This document shows, piece after piece, positions 1 through 16,031 of a DNA stretch of 64,000 bases (its first letter is position 1; the number at the start of each line of letters is the position of its first letter). The position numbers were made by a program, and so were the translations under genes. Source of the DNA: Hormiphora californensis (taxonomy: Eukaryota > Animalia > Ctenophora); NCBI GenBank assembly GCA_020137815.1, contig CM035357.1:2976001-3040000 (forward strand), read 5' to 3'. The notes beneath the pieces were generated by a model, which was given only the letters and a program-made list of their open reading frames with translations, was not told the DNA's origin and did not search any database.

Positions 1-190
1 TATTTCGTCCCCTTTTTATGTGATATGAGATGCATTCGTAATACGAATTTCGTATGCACGCCGGTGCCTATCCCTGGAAAATGCGACACGCATTCTATTT
101 CGGAATTTTCTAGTCCATCCACTCAGGAAATATAATATTCCCCTGCATTGGTAACTTTCTATCTATCTCTTTTTCTCTCACTCCCCCCCC

Positions 191-228
<38 letters not shown>

Positions 229-522
229 TTATTGCTTTCTCATTTTATTTCTCTATTTTGTGGCAGTGTAAATTCATCCAGTACATGTACACTACACAGA
301 CAGACATGTGCATGTGATTATGCGTTTGTTCGTTTTGGAAACGGAAAGTAGCTGAAAGTTATAATCAGTCGTTGTACCAAATTGAGCCATTTAAGTTACT
401 TACAAGTTACAATCTGGGTGCAATGATTTGTTTTGCCTAGCTAGACTGTGTTTTACGAACCCCGCAAATGTAAAGGAGGGTTAGAACATAACACGATTTG
501 TTTCACATTGTCTAGCAACAAC

Positions 523-5113
<4,591 letters not shown>

Positions 5114-6532
5114 AATATAAGGGGGTTATTATAATAGGGGACTGTTTTATCGTGTACAAATATTATAATGTTCCATCCTGCAGCTTTAACGCCTTGCTCT
5201 CAACCTCGAGAGGATTGAGCAACACACAAACACAATGAGGACTATTATAATTGCAGTAGGATACTAAGAGAGTGTAATTCAGACTGTATTCGTATAGAAC
5301 TATTGATGGGCAGGAGTCCAAGAACATGCTAATGTATCTGTGACAGTGGTGCTCCGGCATATTGGCCACGCTCACAGCCCCCACCCCCATACGTCGTTCC
5401 CAGCGTCCAAAACTAACAATGTATGCTTTTTGGAAGCTGGAAATGACGCGTGGGGGCGCTGTGTGCATGGTCAATATGATGGTCGACGGAGCACTATACT
5501 GACAAATGAACATGATAATAATATCTGATTTGTCCAATTGTTTTTGCGAAGTATCTTTTTATCTAGTACTCTACTAATAACCGCCCTTATTTGCACAGTG
5601 ATTACCCATATTTTATTGTGCCCGCTATATTATTAAGCGACTCAGATAACTTTAATGAATATCTTGGAGTGGGGCATATTACTGATTTTAAATACATATA
5701 TTCCTTTTTTTCGTTATACTGTTGTTGCTTGAAAGGGTAAACAGTTTGAAATACAGAGCAAGCGATGTAGTAATTTGCGAATTTTTTGACCGATCCAGCG
5801 CTGGTAAAGGAAGAAATGGTTTGAGAAATATAGTGAGTAGATTTTAGAGAGCACAATTAATTATTGTAGGTCAGAGAGGGATTTACACCTTGCCCAACAA
5901 TAATTCATATTTTGTTGTGTTATATTATTATAGGGGTCTGTTATTATTATTGTGAACCTGTATTGCGATTATTTTTCCAACCAACAAACAACGACCAATT
6001 TAACTTGTTCCAAACTCCCGCTCCCCATATATTTTAGTACACCGTACAGTCGTACCCCGATTTACCGGGAGAATAAGCTTCCCCGATGTAGGAAATAAAC
6101 GGTATTTGAGTTTTGACCCCGATATACCGGGCACCCCGAGTATCCCGGTAAATTGGAATCAGAACAGCCTTCGACTACCCTTAGCATATTAGTAACTGCA
6201 ACACATCTCCACCGTTCCACACAAAACGAAATGGCGGGATACTACTACCCCTACTACTACTACCACTACTAGGACAATACTGCAACTGTAGACAGTTCAC
6301 AGTGATATTTCTGACCAGTGGTTGCCTGTTGGGCACGGGAAACATTGGCATACTACGCAGTCTGTGATCTGTCTCGCCTGATGTCAAACCCGTTAGGGTG
6401 TAAGAGCAGACAGACTGGGAAACCGTTTGCAAAATAAAAGAGACCTGCAAAACCGCGGTAAAACTGTACACGCGCGCATTTGTTCCTGTTGGGTTGTCTG
6501 TGCGCGTGACAGACATGGGTAAAGTAATTATT

Positions 6533-6955
6533 GTGACACAGATCACTGGGGGCTGTGTGACACACAGATCACAGAGGGCTGTGTGACACAGATCACTGGG
6601 GGCTGTGTGACACAGATCACTGGGGGCTGTGTGACACAGATCACTGGGGGTTGTGTGACACACAGATTACTGGGGGCTGTGTGACACACAGATCACTGGG
6701 GCTGTGTGACACAGATCACTGGGGGCTGTGTGACACAAATCACTGGGGGTTGTGTGACACACAGATCACTGGGGGCTGTGTGACACACAGATCACTGGGG
6801 GCTGTGTGACACAGATCACTGGGGGCTGTGTGACACACAGATCACTGGGGGCTGTGTGACACACAGATCACTGGGGGCTGTGTGACACACAGATCACTGG
6901 GGGCTGTGTGACACAGATCACTGGGGGCCGTGTGACACAGATCACTGGAGGCTGT
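6533..6955. repeat. 24-26-bp minisatellite (GATCACTGGGGGCTGTGTGACACA[CA]), about 16 units
   Basis: Directly visible tandem array. Confidence 0.95.
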
Positions 6956-6987
6956 GCCGTCTCTCTCCCTGATCTTCGTAGTCACTT

Positions 6988-7027
<40 letters not shown>

Positions 7028-7389
7028 CCTTGGTTCCCCTTGTGAGATCAGGGGCCTTTTGTAGTTCTTCTTGACAACAGTCTAAATAGTGGAGAATGTC
7101 TTTCTCGGGAGGGTGAAAAACACTGTGGAGAGGGATTAGATAGAGAGAAGCTGCAAGTATCATATCTTGGAGGCATTGCCGTTGGTACACACTAAAGGCA
7201 GGTCGAGCCGCGAATTACGAGTGCGAGAAATGGTAATATAGCGGGTGAAGGTAATCTCTCCCCCTCTTATTGGCTGGACGGCCTCTAAATTCCATAATAT
7301 AGCTATACGAAATTTGGAGGCTGCTAGCATTTTTTTCTTTACCGAATTGTTTGAGTAGATCTCTCTGAGAGTATCGAAATATCCCTGAA

Positions 7390-7484
7390 TCGACCGAAAC
7401 AACCAATCAGAACTCGTTATTTAGGTCACGTGACTGGTTATCAGCCAATCAGGGACCAGTATTTCCTGATTCGGTCGGTTCCTG
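7390..7484 (+). mobile_element. hAT-like ~105-bp MITE, left end truncated
   Basis: Same core as the intact copies at 36887 and 55102; flanked by a 17-bp duplication ATCGAAATATCCCTGAA (7373-7389 and 7486-7502). Confidence 0.8.
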
Positions 7485-7821
7485 GATCGAAATATCCCTG
7501 AAGCTGCAGCTAGCTGATGTTCCGGCTGGGAAGATCGAGTTACCTGCAGGTTGGTGGAGAGATCGAAATCACACACGACTGAGATCAAAACGATAAAAGT
7601 CTTCATGCATTGTTTGTTGAGGTAGTTGCTGTAGCTAGAGTTAGTTGACTGCTGCTGAATGCTCTGTATGGCGGCGCCAGACAGTGAATGCTACTGTTTT
7701 CCCATTTCCGTCCTCCTTTCATACCCATCTTGCCTAAAATTAAATGAAATTTTTGTTAAATTTCACAAATTTGAGTAACTTCGAGTAAATCCCCCAACAA
7801 CTTAAGTGTGAGTATATCAAC

Positions 7822-10512
7822 ATGGCAAGCAACCAGGATGGGGTGAATGATGTCTACGAGACCGTGTTCCCCCGATTATGGAGGAACTTGTGTGGAGATT
7901 ACATTAATTTTGGATACTTTTCCGAGGAGTGTGAGTAATAAATTTCATGTTGTAGATGAGGCCTCATCACCGGGAAACTTGGTCTTATCTTCAACCCCAC
8001 TTCAGGGGCGACACTGCCACTAAAATTTCAGGATGGAAGGGTCATCAGCTGCAGTTTTAATAATAAACTGTACACTTTAGTGACTCTTTGAAACAACTGC
8101 AAGGGTAATTGATCCCCATATAAATTTCCTAGGTTGGTTGGTTGGTTGGTGATACTAAGCCGACGTTCTACCAAGCTCTTGGAGCGGTGTGACGCGGTAA
8201 CTCCCAAACTGATTATCCCAATCACTTGTGTGAAAGAGAACAGAATGGTGCCCATTGGCTTCGTTAGCGTCTGTCGTCAAATAAAACTAAACTAAAATTT
8301 AATCGAGCATTGACAATTTAAGGGGCAGCTGTGTCAAGCATGGTGGCTTTATATTTCTTTGTTTCGATTGCCAGTGAGTAAGCCTGTTGTTATGTTTTGT
8401 TACGATGAGTGTCAGTCGAGTGGGTACTTCTCAAGCATGGGTCTGGGGTGGTCAGTTATTGTCGTGCTAGAAACTGACATGGGTCAGATCTAGCCAATTT
8501 AGGCAATCTCTCAAGCATTTACTGAATGGATTGTGTGGCAAATGAATTGTGATACTTTCCTAGGTTCCAACCTGACCGAAGCAAATGAGAACTTTGTTAA
8601 TTGGATAATAAAGAAAGTAGGGATCAACGAATCAAGCAGACTTTTGGAGATTGGGTGTGGACGTGGGGCATATGCAATCAACATATCCAAGCAGACAGGT
8701 TAATAATTATACGTCATAATACCATTTAGTACAAATCAACGTTTTTACTGATTTAAACAGGAAATTATCTATACGTATTTTTAGGTTGTTCATTCGTCGG
8801 TCTAGACATTCTGCCCAGATTTATCGAGGAAGGTCAGGATTTAATGAAACAACATGGACGTGGAAGACAAGGGGAAGATTTTAATCGGTGATATGACCAA
8901 GTTGTCTGATGTTGTCGGTGGTCAAACATTTACACATGTCCTTACACTTGGATGTATTTTCTACATTCATGATAGTATGGACACCTTTTTGGAGCAGCTC
9001 AAGGAGTTTTGTGAGCCTGGCGCTTGGATAGTTAACCAGGATTTTAGCCGCACAGTTTCTGTGGACAAGGTAAACACCAAACTTGCTAAATGCCATAAAG
9101 TCTTTAGTATTCTCTTATGGTTACTGCATCAGCATGACGTCTATCTGGATCTCTAGCCCTAGCTAATATGTTATTGAGATTTGAGATTGTTTATAAACAC
9201 CAATATATTTGCAGATACGACCTGTCATGCGACACTGGAGAACAGAGGACGAAACTCTGGAAACAACGGCTTATCTCAATAAAATAATAAATTGTAAGGT
9301 TACAAAAAGCAAACAATTGTTTGTAACAGCTTCTTCAAATTTCTGATATTATATTTTAGCCCCGTTTGAGTTCTCAGCGTGCCCCTCAGATCGGGTCGGT
9401 GCTGGATACATGACATGATACTTAAATATATCCTCTTAGCTGGTTACCAGTTGCAATAGGGTAAACCGGGGCAAAATGGTTAACTTTTTACTTAATCGGT
9501 TCTCACTCCCATTTAAAAAAAGATACAATGAAAAAAATTATATAGGATTAAAGTTCATTATTTTATCTTTCAAATAAGATAAATTTCAACTATAGGGACC
9601 ATCATTTACTTAACTAAATAACTAATTGAAAAATTTTGGTCGGAAAAATTGGTACCGGGGCAATTCGAGCATCACCAATAGGAGTGCTTTATTTCGTCAC
9701 GTGGGAGTCACGTGAACGTCCTCACAACACCAGAAGAAGATTCCCGCCTGGTGTTGTTAGAGGTGGGGGCAATTCGAACAATGTAATCTACACGCAATCT
9801 ACACGCTGGTCGTTCTTGCTCGAATTGCCCCGGTATCACGCGTGATCACGTGGTACAAAGAACTGCACATCATTGGCCCGGGAGTTAACCAAATTGCCCC
9901 GGTGTGTTAACCAAATTGCCCATGTTCGAATTGCCCCGGTTGTTCGAATTGCCCCGGTAATCTTAATTTACCAGAATTTGGAATGAAAACGTGCGAATAT
10001 TTAAATAATTTTTATACCATCTGAAAGCTGATATTATTAGCTTTCAGCTGGTTTTTTCAAATCGGAAATTGACCAACTTAAACCGGATCTAGAGCCTATT
10101 TAGTGGTAACGGGCAGGCTCGAACGAGCAGTTTTCTTCTGGAGATAGGATGACGTCATTATGATAGCTTAACTAGGTGAGAGACGGGCAGTACTATGTTC
10201 GAATTGCCCCGGTTGTTCGAATTGCCCCGGTTTACCCTACTACAATAACGACAACAACGATTTTGCAAAGCGGTCAATGGAAACAATTTTTAGTACAGGG
10301 AGCAAGCTCGTTGAGAGTGGGGAGCTGCCTAAAGACGCCTTCACGTTTCAAATTTTGAAAGGTAAATAAAATGAATTTTGTCGTCTTCATGGTAACGGGT
10401 TAATGTGTAACAGAGCAACCTTTTTGTAAGTTAGTCCCTAACAACTCTATTTTCAGATGCGATGGAAGCTGGGGAGATTCTTTACAACACGTTTATATTT
10501 AGAAGGTCTTGA
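7822..10512 (+). pseudogene. Class I SAM-dependent small-molecule methyltransferase (sterol/tocopherol/sarcosine-dimethylglycine MT-like), disrupted
   Basis: Exons 7822-7930 (..DYINFGYF), 8564-8698 (motif I LLEIGCGRG), 8785-9069 (GLDI..GDM..; +1 frameshift at ~8859), 9215-9293, 9440-9458 plus 10240-10361 (split inside a TAC codon by a 779-bp MITE) and 10457-10512 (..YNTFIFRRS*). Confidence 0.82.
9459..10237. mobile_element. 779-bp non-autonomous Tc1/mariner-pogo-type DNA transposon (MITE), TA TSD
   Basis: TIR GGGTAAACCGGGGCAA / TTGCCCCGGTTTACCC; TA at 9457-58 and 10238-39; near-identical copy at 46106-46884. Confidence 0.92.
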
Positions 10513-11184
10513 TCCGGTCAGCAACATTGTATCGTTGATCAAATCCATTCCAAAGTCTGCAACATTCATCACATCTGTTCAAAAGAGATATTTGAAGATT
10601 TTTACCGTACTTCTATAATTATGCTTCAACGCTTTTTATTTAAACATTTGTGGACACATTTTTTTTGTAAATGGATCAAATTTCTGAACAATCGTATTAT
10701 TTATTTGTACAGTCTTTAAAGTCCCCGGTCCCCCGAATATTATCTTTGAGTCATGGTTCTGGCTCGGCCGCGTAGCCGGAGAGCACGGAGAGTTAAACTT
10801 AAAGAATAGGAGAGAGAAAGAAAAATTGAGGAAAATCATCTTCGTAGCTGTTTATGTAACTGATCATTGTAAGCTGACTTTCAAAGTCACTTTTTGTGTA
10901 GCGAGCAATCCCTCATTTTTGCTCTGCCTCGCTCCCTAGAGCAAATGAAGCTCTTGTATCTCCTTTTATTTATAGATTTTCAAATCGTACGGTGGGGGGG
11001 GGGGGGGGGGAGATCAAGATTTAACTGCGTGACACTCATGCCAGTTAGGGTGGGTGGGTGTACGAGGGGTCCGGCAGTTAAGTTATAATTTTAATCCACG
11101 TGCAGTCACCAATCTACCAATAGCTTCCGTTAAGATCAGATCTCTTTAAATTATACTGTCTACTGTGTTGATGAGGGTCAGCTG

Positions 11185-12732
11185 GGCAATTTCTGATTTG
11201 CCGCATACGGCGTCTAGACGGCGTCGCAACGCCGTCTAGACGGCGTCTAGACGGTATACCGTCTGGACGGGTTTCGGTGAAATCAGCTAAAAACGGTACC
11301 GAAATTGCTTGAGACGGGTTATAGACGGTATCAGACAGTCTCTAGACGGGTTATAGACGGTATCAGACGGTGTTGCGACGGTATCAGACGGTCTCTAGAC
11401 GGTGTCTAGACGGTACCGTCCCGGCGTCTGGACGGCGTCTGGACGGTGTCTAGACGGTATCCGTCCGAAGTTGAGACGGGCACGTCTGAAAATTGTACCA
11501 GACGTTGAGACGGACTTTTAGAACTCCGTCTGTATTTCAGACGGAGTTTTAAAAGTACGTCTCAACGCAGTCTTAAGGAAAATCGATGAAAGTACCGTCT
11601 AGACAACGTCTCAACTGAAACCGGTCAACATACCGTCTAAACAACGTCTAGACAACGTCTAAACAGAATCTCGCGATTCAGTTTCAAATACCGTCTAGAC
11701 AACTTCTCCAGCAATTTCGATAAGAATACCGTCTAAACAACGTCTAGACAACGTCTCAAATAATGATGTCTAGACTCGACCGTTTTCGAAGACCATTCTG
11801 GATTACCCTTGCCAGTTTTGCCTTGTTCGACCCTCCCTCCCCGCAACAAGCCAGTTGGAATTAGTGGTAGATGTGTGCCTATTGAATGAAAATTACACAT
11901 GTGTTTAACCAGCACAGTCGTACCGCGATGCTCGGGGACGGGAAAGGGGTTATCCTCCCGGTAATTTTCGTACCCAACTTCAAATAAATCGAGGTCCAAC
12001 TGTACATCATTTTCATTATCAAAAAGGCACACATTCACTCTTACATCCAGCTATCGCGTTGTAATACAACTGTGAGATACTGTCTATGGCTGATACTATC
12101 AGTGATAGATAGTGTCGGTTATGAGACGTTGTTTAGACGGTATCTGTATCGGATTCGCTTAAGACGTTGTCTAGACGTTGTTTAGACGGTATTCGTATCG
12201 AAATTGCTGGAGAAGTTGTCTAGACGGTATTTGAAACTGAATCGCGAGATTCTGTTTAGACGTTGTCTAGACGTTGTTTAGACGGTATGTTGACCGGTTT
12301 CAGTTGAGACGTTGTCTAGACGGTACTTTCATCGATTTTCCTTTAGACTGCGTTGAGACGTACTTTTAAAACTCCGTCTTAAATACAGACGGAGTTCTAA
12401 AAGTCCGTCTCAACGTCTGGTACAATTTTCAGACGTGCCGTCTCAACTTCGGACGGATACCGTCTAGACACCGTCCAGACGCCGTCCAGACGCCGGGACG
12501 GTACCGTCTAGACACCGTCTAGAGACCGTCTGATACCGTCGCAACACCGTCTGATACCGTCTATAACCCGTCTAGAGACCGTCTGATACCGTCTATAACC
12601 CGTCTCAAGCAATTTCGGTACCGTTTTTAGCTGATTTCACCGAAACCCGTCCAGACGGTATACCGTCTAGACGCCGTCTAGACGGCGTTGCGACGCCGTC
12701 TAGACGCCGTATGCGGCAAATCAGAAATTGCC
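11185..12732. mobile_element. Foldback/Mutator-like non-autonomous element with ~570-bp internally repetitive TIRs and 9-bp TSD
   Basis: Ends GGCAATTTCTGATTTGCCGCATACGG...CCGTATGCGGCAAATCAGAAATTGCC; TSD GGTCAGCTG at 11176-84 and 12733-41; an uninterrupted copy of the target lies at 15907-15971. Confidence 0.92.
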
Positions 12733-12771
12733 GGTCAGCTGAGTGCCAAGATCATCTTTAAATTCATTATC

Positions 12772-12817
<46 letters not shown>

Positions 12818-13860
12818 CTCTAGGTTATAGCGTACCAAACTCTGCCGCACGACAGAACGGTGTTGCAACCTGTCATAAAGTCTGTGGTCTGTATCATGTA
12901 TGAAAGAAAATAGCTAAAATATCACGCTCCTGTCAGGCCAATGCTCTGACCACAGTTCTCGCGCGCTCCGATTTGAGAGAAATGAGAATAGGGTCAGGCC
13001 AATGCTCTGACAGTCACGCTCAAAATTACACCAAAATCAAACAAAATTTCTCTGACATTCTAACTGTTTGTGGTCTGTATTGGGGCACTCTCACGCAAGC
13101 TTTTTGTCCTGTCAGCTTCTGAGTCTGGAACAAGGTAACGTTTTGCCTTTGAGAGAGTCTTTAGTTTGGTTTAGTCTGGATCAAGGTAATGTTTTGCCTT
13201 GGAGAGTGTCTTGAGTTTGGGTCTGGAATCCCGATGTATACCGATTACCGTGTTTTGAATAGTCAATTATATTCACAATATAAACTTTACACAATTTGTG
13301 AACAGACAATACGGACAGGTGAACTTACAGAATTTTGATGCATGATTGGTACCATGATGTTGTTGATGATGAGATGAGAGGTGTATCCATTTCCAGTGCA
13401 TGGAGATGAAGATAAACAAAAACGATTAAACACAGATAAGGGGTAGGACTGAATGTAGCACCAATATACTGTAAAATGTTCTAGAATACTATGTGGATGG
13501 GACAGATAAGAACATTTGTTAATTGTTACACGCGATAAGCGACTTAGTGCACCAAAACACAAGGATTGTCTCTGTAGTGCGGTGTTTAGCAATGTCCGCT
13601 ATATTGGGAGAGTTGGGTGGGGGAGGGCGGGTGGGGGAACTGCAACGTAACGAACGAGTAATCCCCGATCTACTGTGTACAGGACCTTTTCAGTTAGACA
13701 TTATTTGCGTGACCGATTGACCTATCCATCCTTGGTAACCCCTCACTCAACAAATACATCCTGTATATTTGGTATGGAAATATGGAACAGACTACAGAGG
13801 GACGCAGGGGACTGCAGCACATTCCAAAAGGTATAAACTAATCCCTTTTATTATTATACG

Positions 13861-14600
13861 GACCGATGCGCATGCTACACCACATAGCTTTGCGTTTGAG
13901 AGACACAGAGAAGAGAGAGAGAGATATGGAGAGATCTTTTTATCGATAGACTTAAAATATCAATACACACACACACACATACAGATAGAAAAATACTATG
14001 CGTGACCGATGCCCATGCTACACCACATAGCTTTGCGTTTGAGAGACACAGAGAAGAGAGAGAGATAGGGAGAGAGATAGACTTAAAATATCAATACACA
14101 CACACACATACAGATAGAAAAATACTATGCGTGACTTGCTTTAACAACACTATCAGCATTAGCTTATCCCCTCGAGTGAGAAACATATAGGATAATGGAG
14201 AGATCAATAACGTAGGAGTTTAACCCAAGGAGTGTTGACCGATGCGCATGCTACACCACATAGCTTTGCGTTTGAGAGACACAGAGAAGAGAGAGAGATA
14301 TGGAGAGAGATAGACTTAAAATATCAATACACACACACACATACAGATAGAAAAATACTATGCGTGACCGATGCGCATGCTACACCACATAGCTTTGCGT
14401 TTGAGAGACACAGAGAAGAGAGAGAGATAGGGAGAGAGATAGACTTAAAATATCAATACACACACACACACATACAGATAGAAAAATACTATGCGTGACT
14501 TGCTTTAACAACACTATCAGCATTAGCTTATCCCCTCGAGTGAGAAACATATAGGATAATGGAGAGATCAATAACGTAGGAGTTTAACCCAAGGAGTGTT
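13861..14600. repeat. Tandem ~130-145-bp units (four) in two ~365-bp higher-order repeats
   Basis: GACCGATGCGCATGCTACACCACATAGCTTTG... recurs at ~13861, 14004, 14237 and 14366. Confidence 0.9.
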
Positions 14601-15077
14601 CTCAAAGCGCAGACAGTTAGACATAGTTACTATTAGTTAGACACTGTTTTGTTTGACACTGTAAAGAAATGAAATGAATTGTTTTCTGTTTTCCATTTTA
14701 CTGCTGGCCAAGCTCCATGAAACAGAAGCCTATTTTTATTTAGCCACATCATTGTACCTATTATAGCCACGTCCGTACACTCACAGACTGATAAAATCGC
14801 CAGACTTTGATTGCCCCGACGGCACTGTTAGGAATGGCCGTTACTAACAAAACCCTTGCTAGTGCTTTTTGTTAGTGACGTCACTAACAAAAATTTTGTT
14901 AGTGTTTTCACTAACAAATTTCACTAACAAAAATGTTGTTTGTTCAGTTAAGAAAAACACAAAATGAGGGTTTTTCTGTTTTCTGTTTTATTGCTGGCCA
15001 CGTGTCCTGCTGCAGAAGGTAAGTCAGCACTTGTTTTGTTCAAACAGGTTCGAGCTAGCCAGCACCCACACATAGTA

Positions 15078-15801
15078 GGGTAGAAAGGGGTAAAATGGCA
15101 CACGGGGTAAAATGGCACATGTATGGGGTAAAATGGTCCTAGTTATTACATGTAGTCACGTGACTTTTTCTCCAGCGGAGACCTGCTCGTTCTGTTCCGA
15201 ATTTTTGCTTTAAAACTGCTGTAATTTCTGTTTGAGTTGGCCGATTTTAATTTTGCAAAAACTGCCAGTTAGGGTTTTTATCCTTCTAAAACTTGGTATA
15301 AAAATTTTTCAAAAAACCCACTATTAAGTTGATTAAATTGTCAAATTAGTCAAACTGGGGTAAAATGGTTCACCCTCGCTGGGGTAAAATGGTTCACCCT
15401 GGGACCAATGAAATCGAGCCTCCAATACCACGTGATACCAACTGGGGTAAAATGGTCCAGCACACTGGGGTAAAATGGTCCAGCAGAACAGAAATTACTG
15501 AAGATAACATGGACCATTTTACCCCAGTGCTCTAACAACACCAGGCACGTGATAAAAATCGAGCAATGCTATTGGCTGGACCATTTTACCCCAGTGCAAA
15601 ATTTCCAAAAAAAGCCCTACCAAACTTTTTGAATTGATTAATTAAGCTATTAAATAAAACTTTCAGATTTTAAAATTTAGCTCGTCTGAAAGGAAAACGT
15701 TTCATTGGATAGCCTATATAATTTTTTTCTTCTTGCTGTATAAATTGAGTATTTTAGAACCTAAAACGTTAGAAAGTGTGCCATTTTACCCCTTTCTACC
15801 C
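15078..15801. mobile_element. 724-bp MITE, TA TSD
   Basis: TIR GGGTAGAAAGGGGTAAAATGGCACA / TGTGCCATTTTACCCCTTTCTACCC with TA flanks; internal GGGGTAAAATGG repeats. Confidence 0.9.
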
Positions 15802-16031
15802 TACTTTTGCCACGGCTTACAATATCAAGATCTATCTGCATATTATATTGTGTTATCGTGTTAGACATTTACAATTATTCAATTAAATCGGGTTGTCCGC
15901 TAATTCTACTGTCTACTGTGTTGATGAGGGTCAGCTGAGTGCCAAGATCATCTTTAAATTCATTATCTGCATATTATACTGTGTTATCGTGTTTGACATT
16001 TACAATTCTAATCACCCTACTTCAACAAGAT

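Noticed and set aside
6533-6955. Regular short repeats resembling a CRISPR array
   Set aside because: No unique spacers, no cas genes and a eukaryotic context; an ordinary minisatellite. The same applies to 19838-20490.
6942-7606. Possible minus-strand gene starting MKTFIVLISVV
   Set aside because: No consistent downstream exon chain or recognisable domain.
9457-10239. MITE acting as a cleanly spliced new intron (introner)
   Set aside because: The first GT lies after an in-frame TAG, and there is no AG at the 3' end that would restore the frame.
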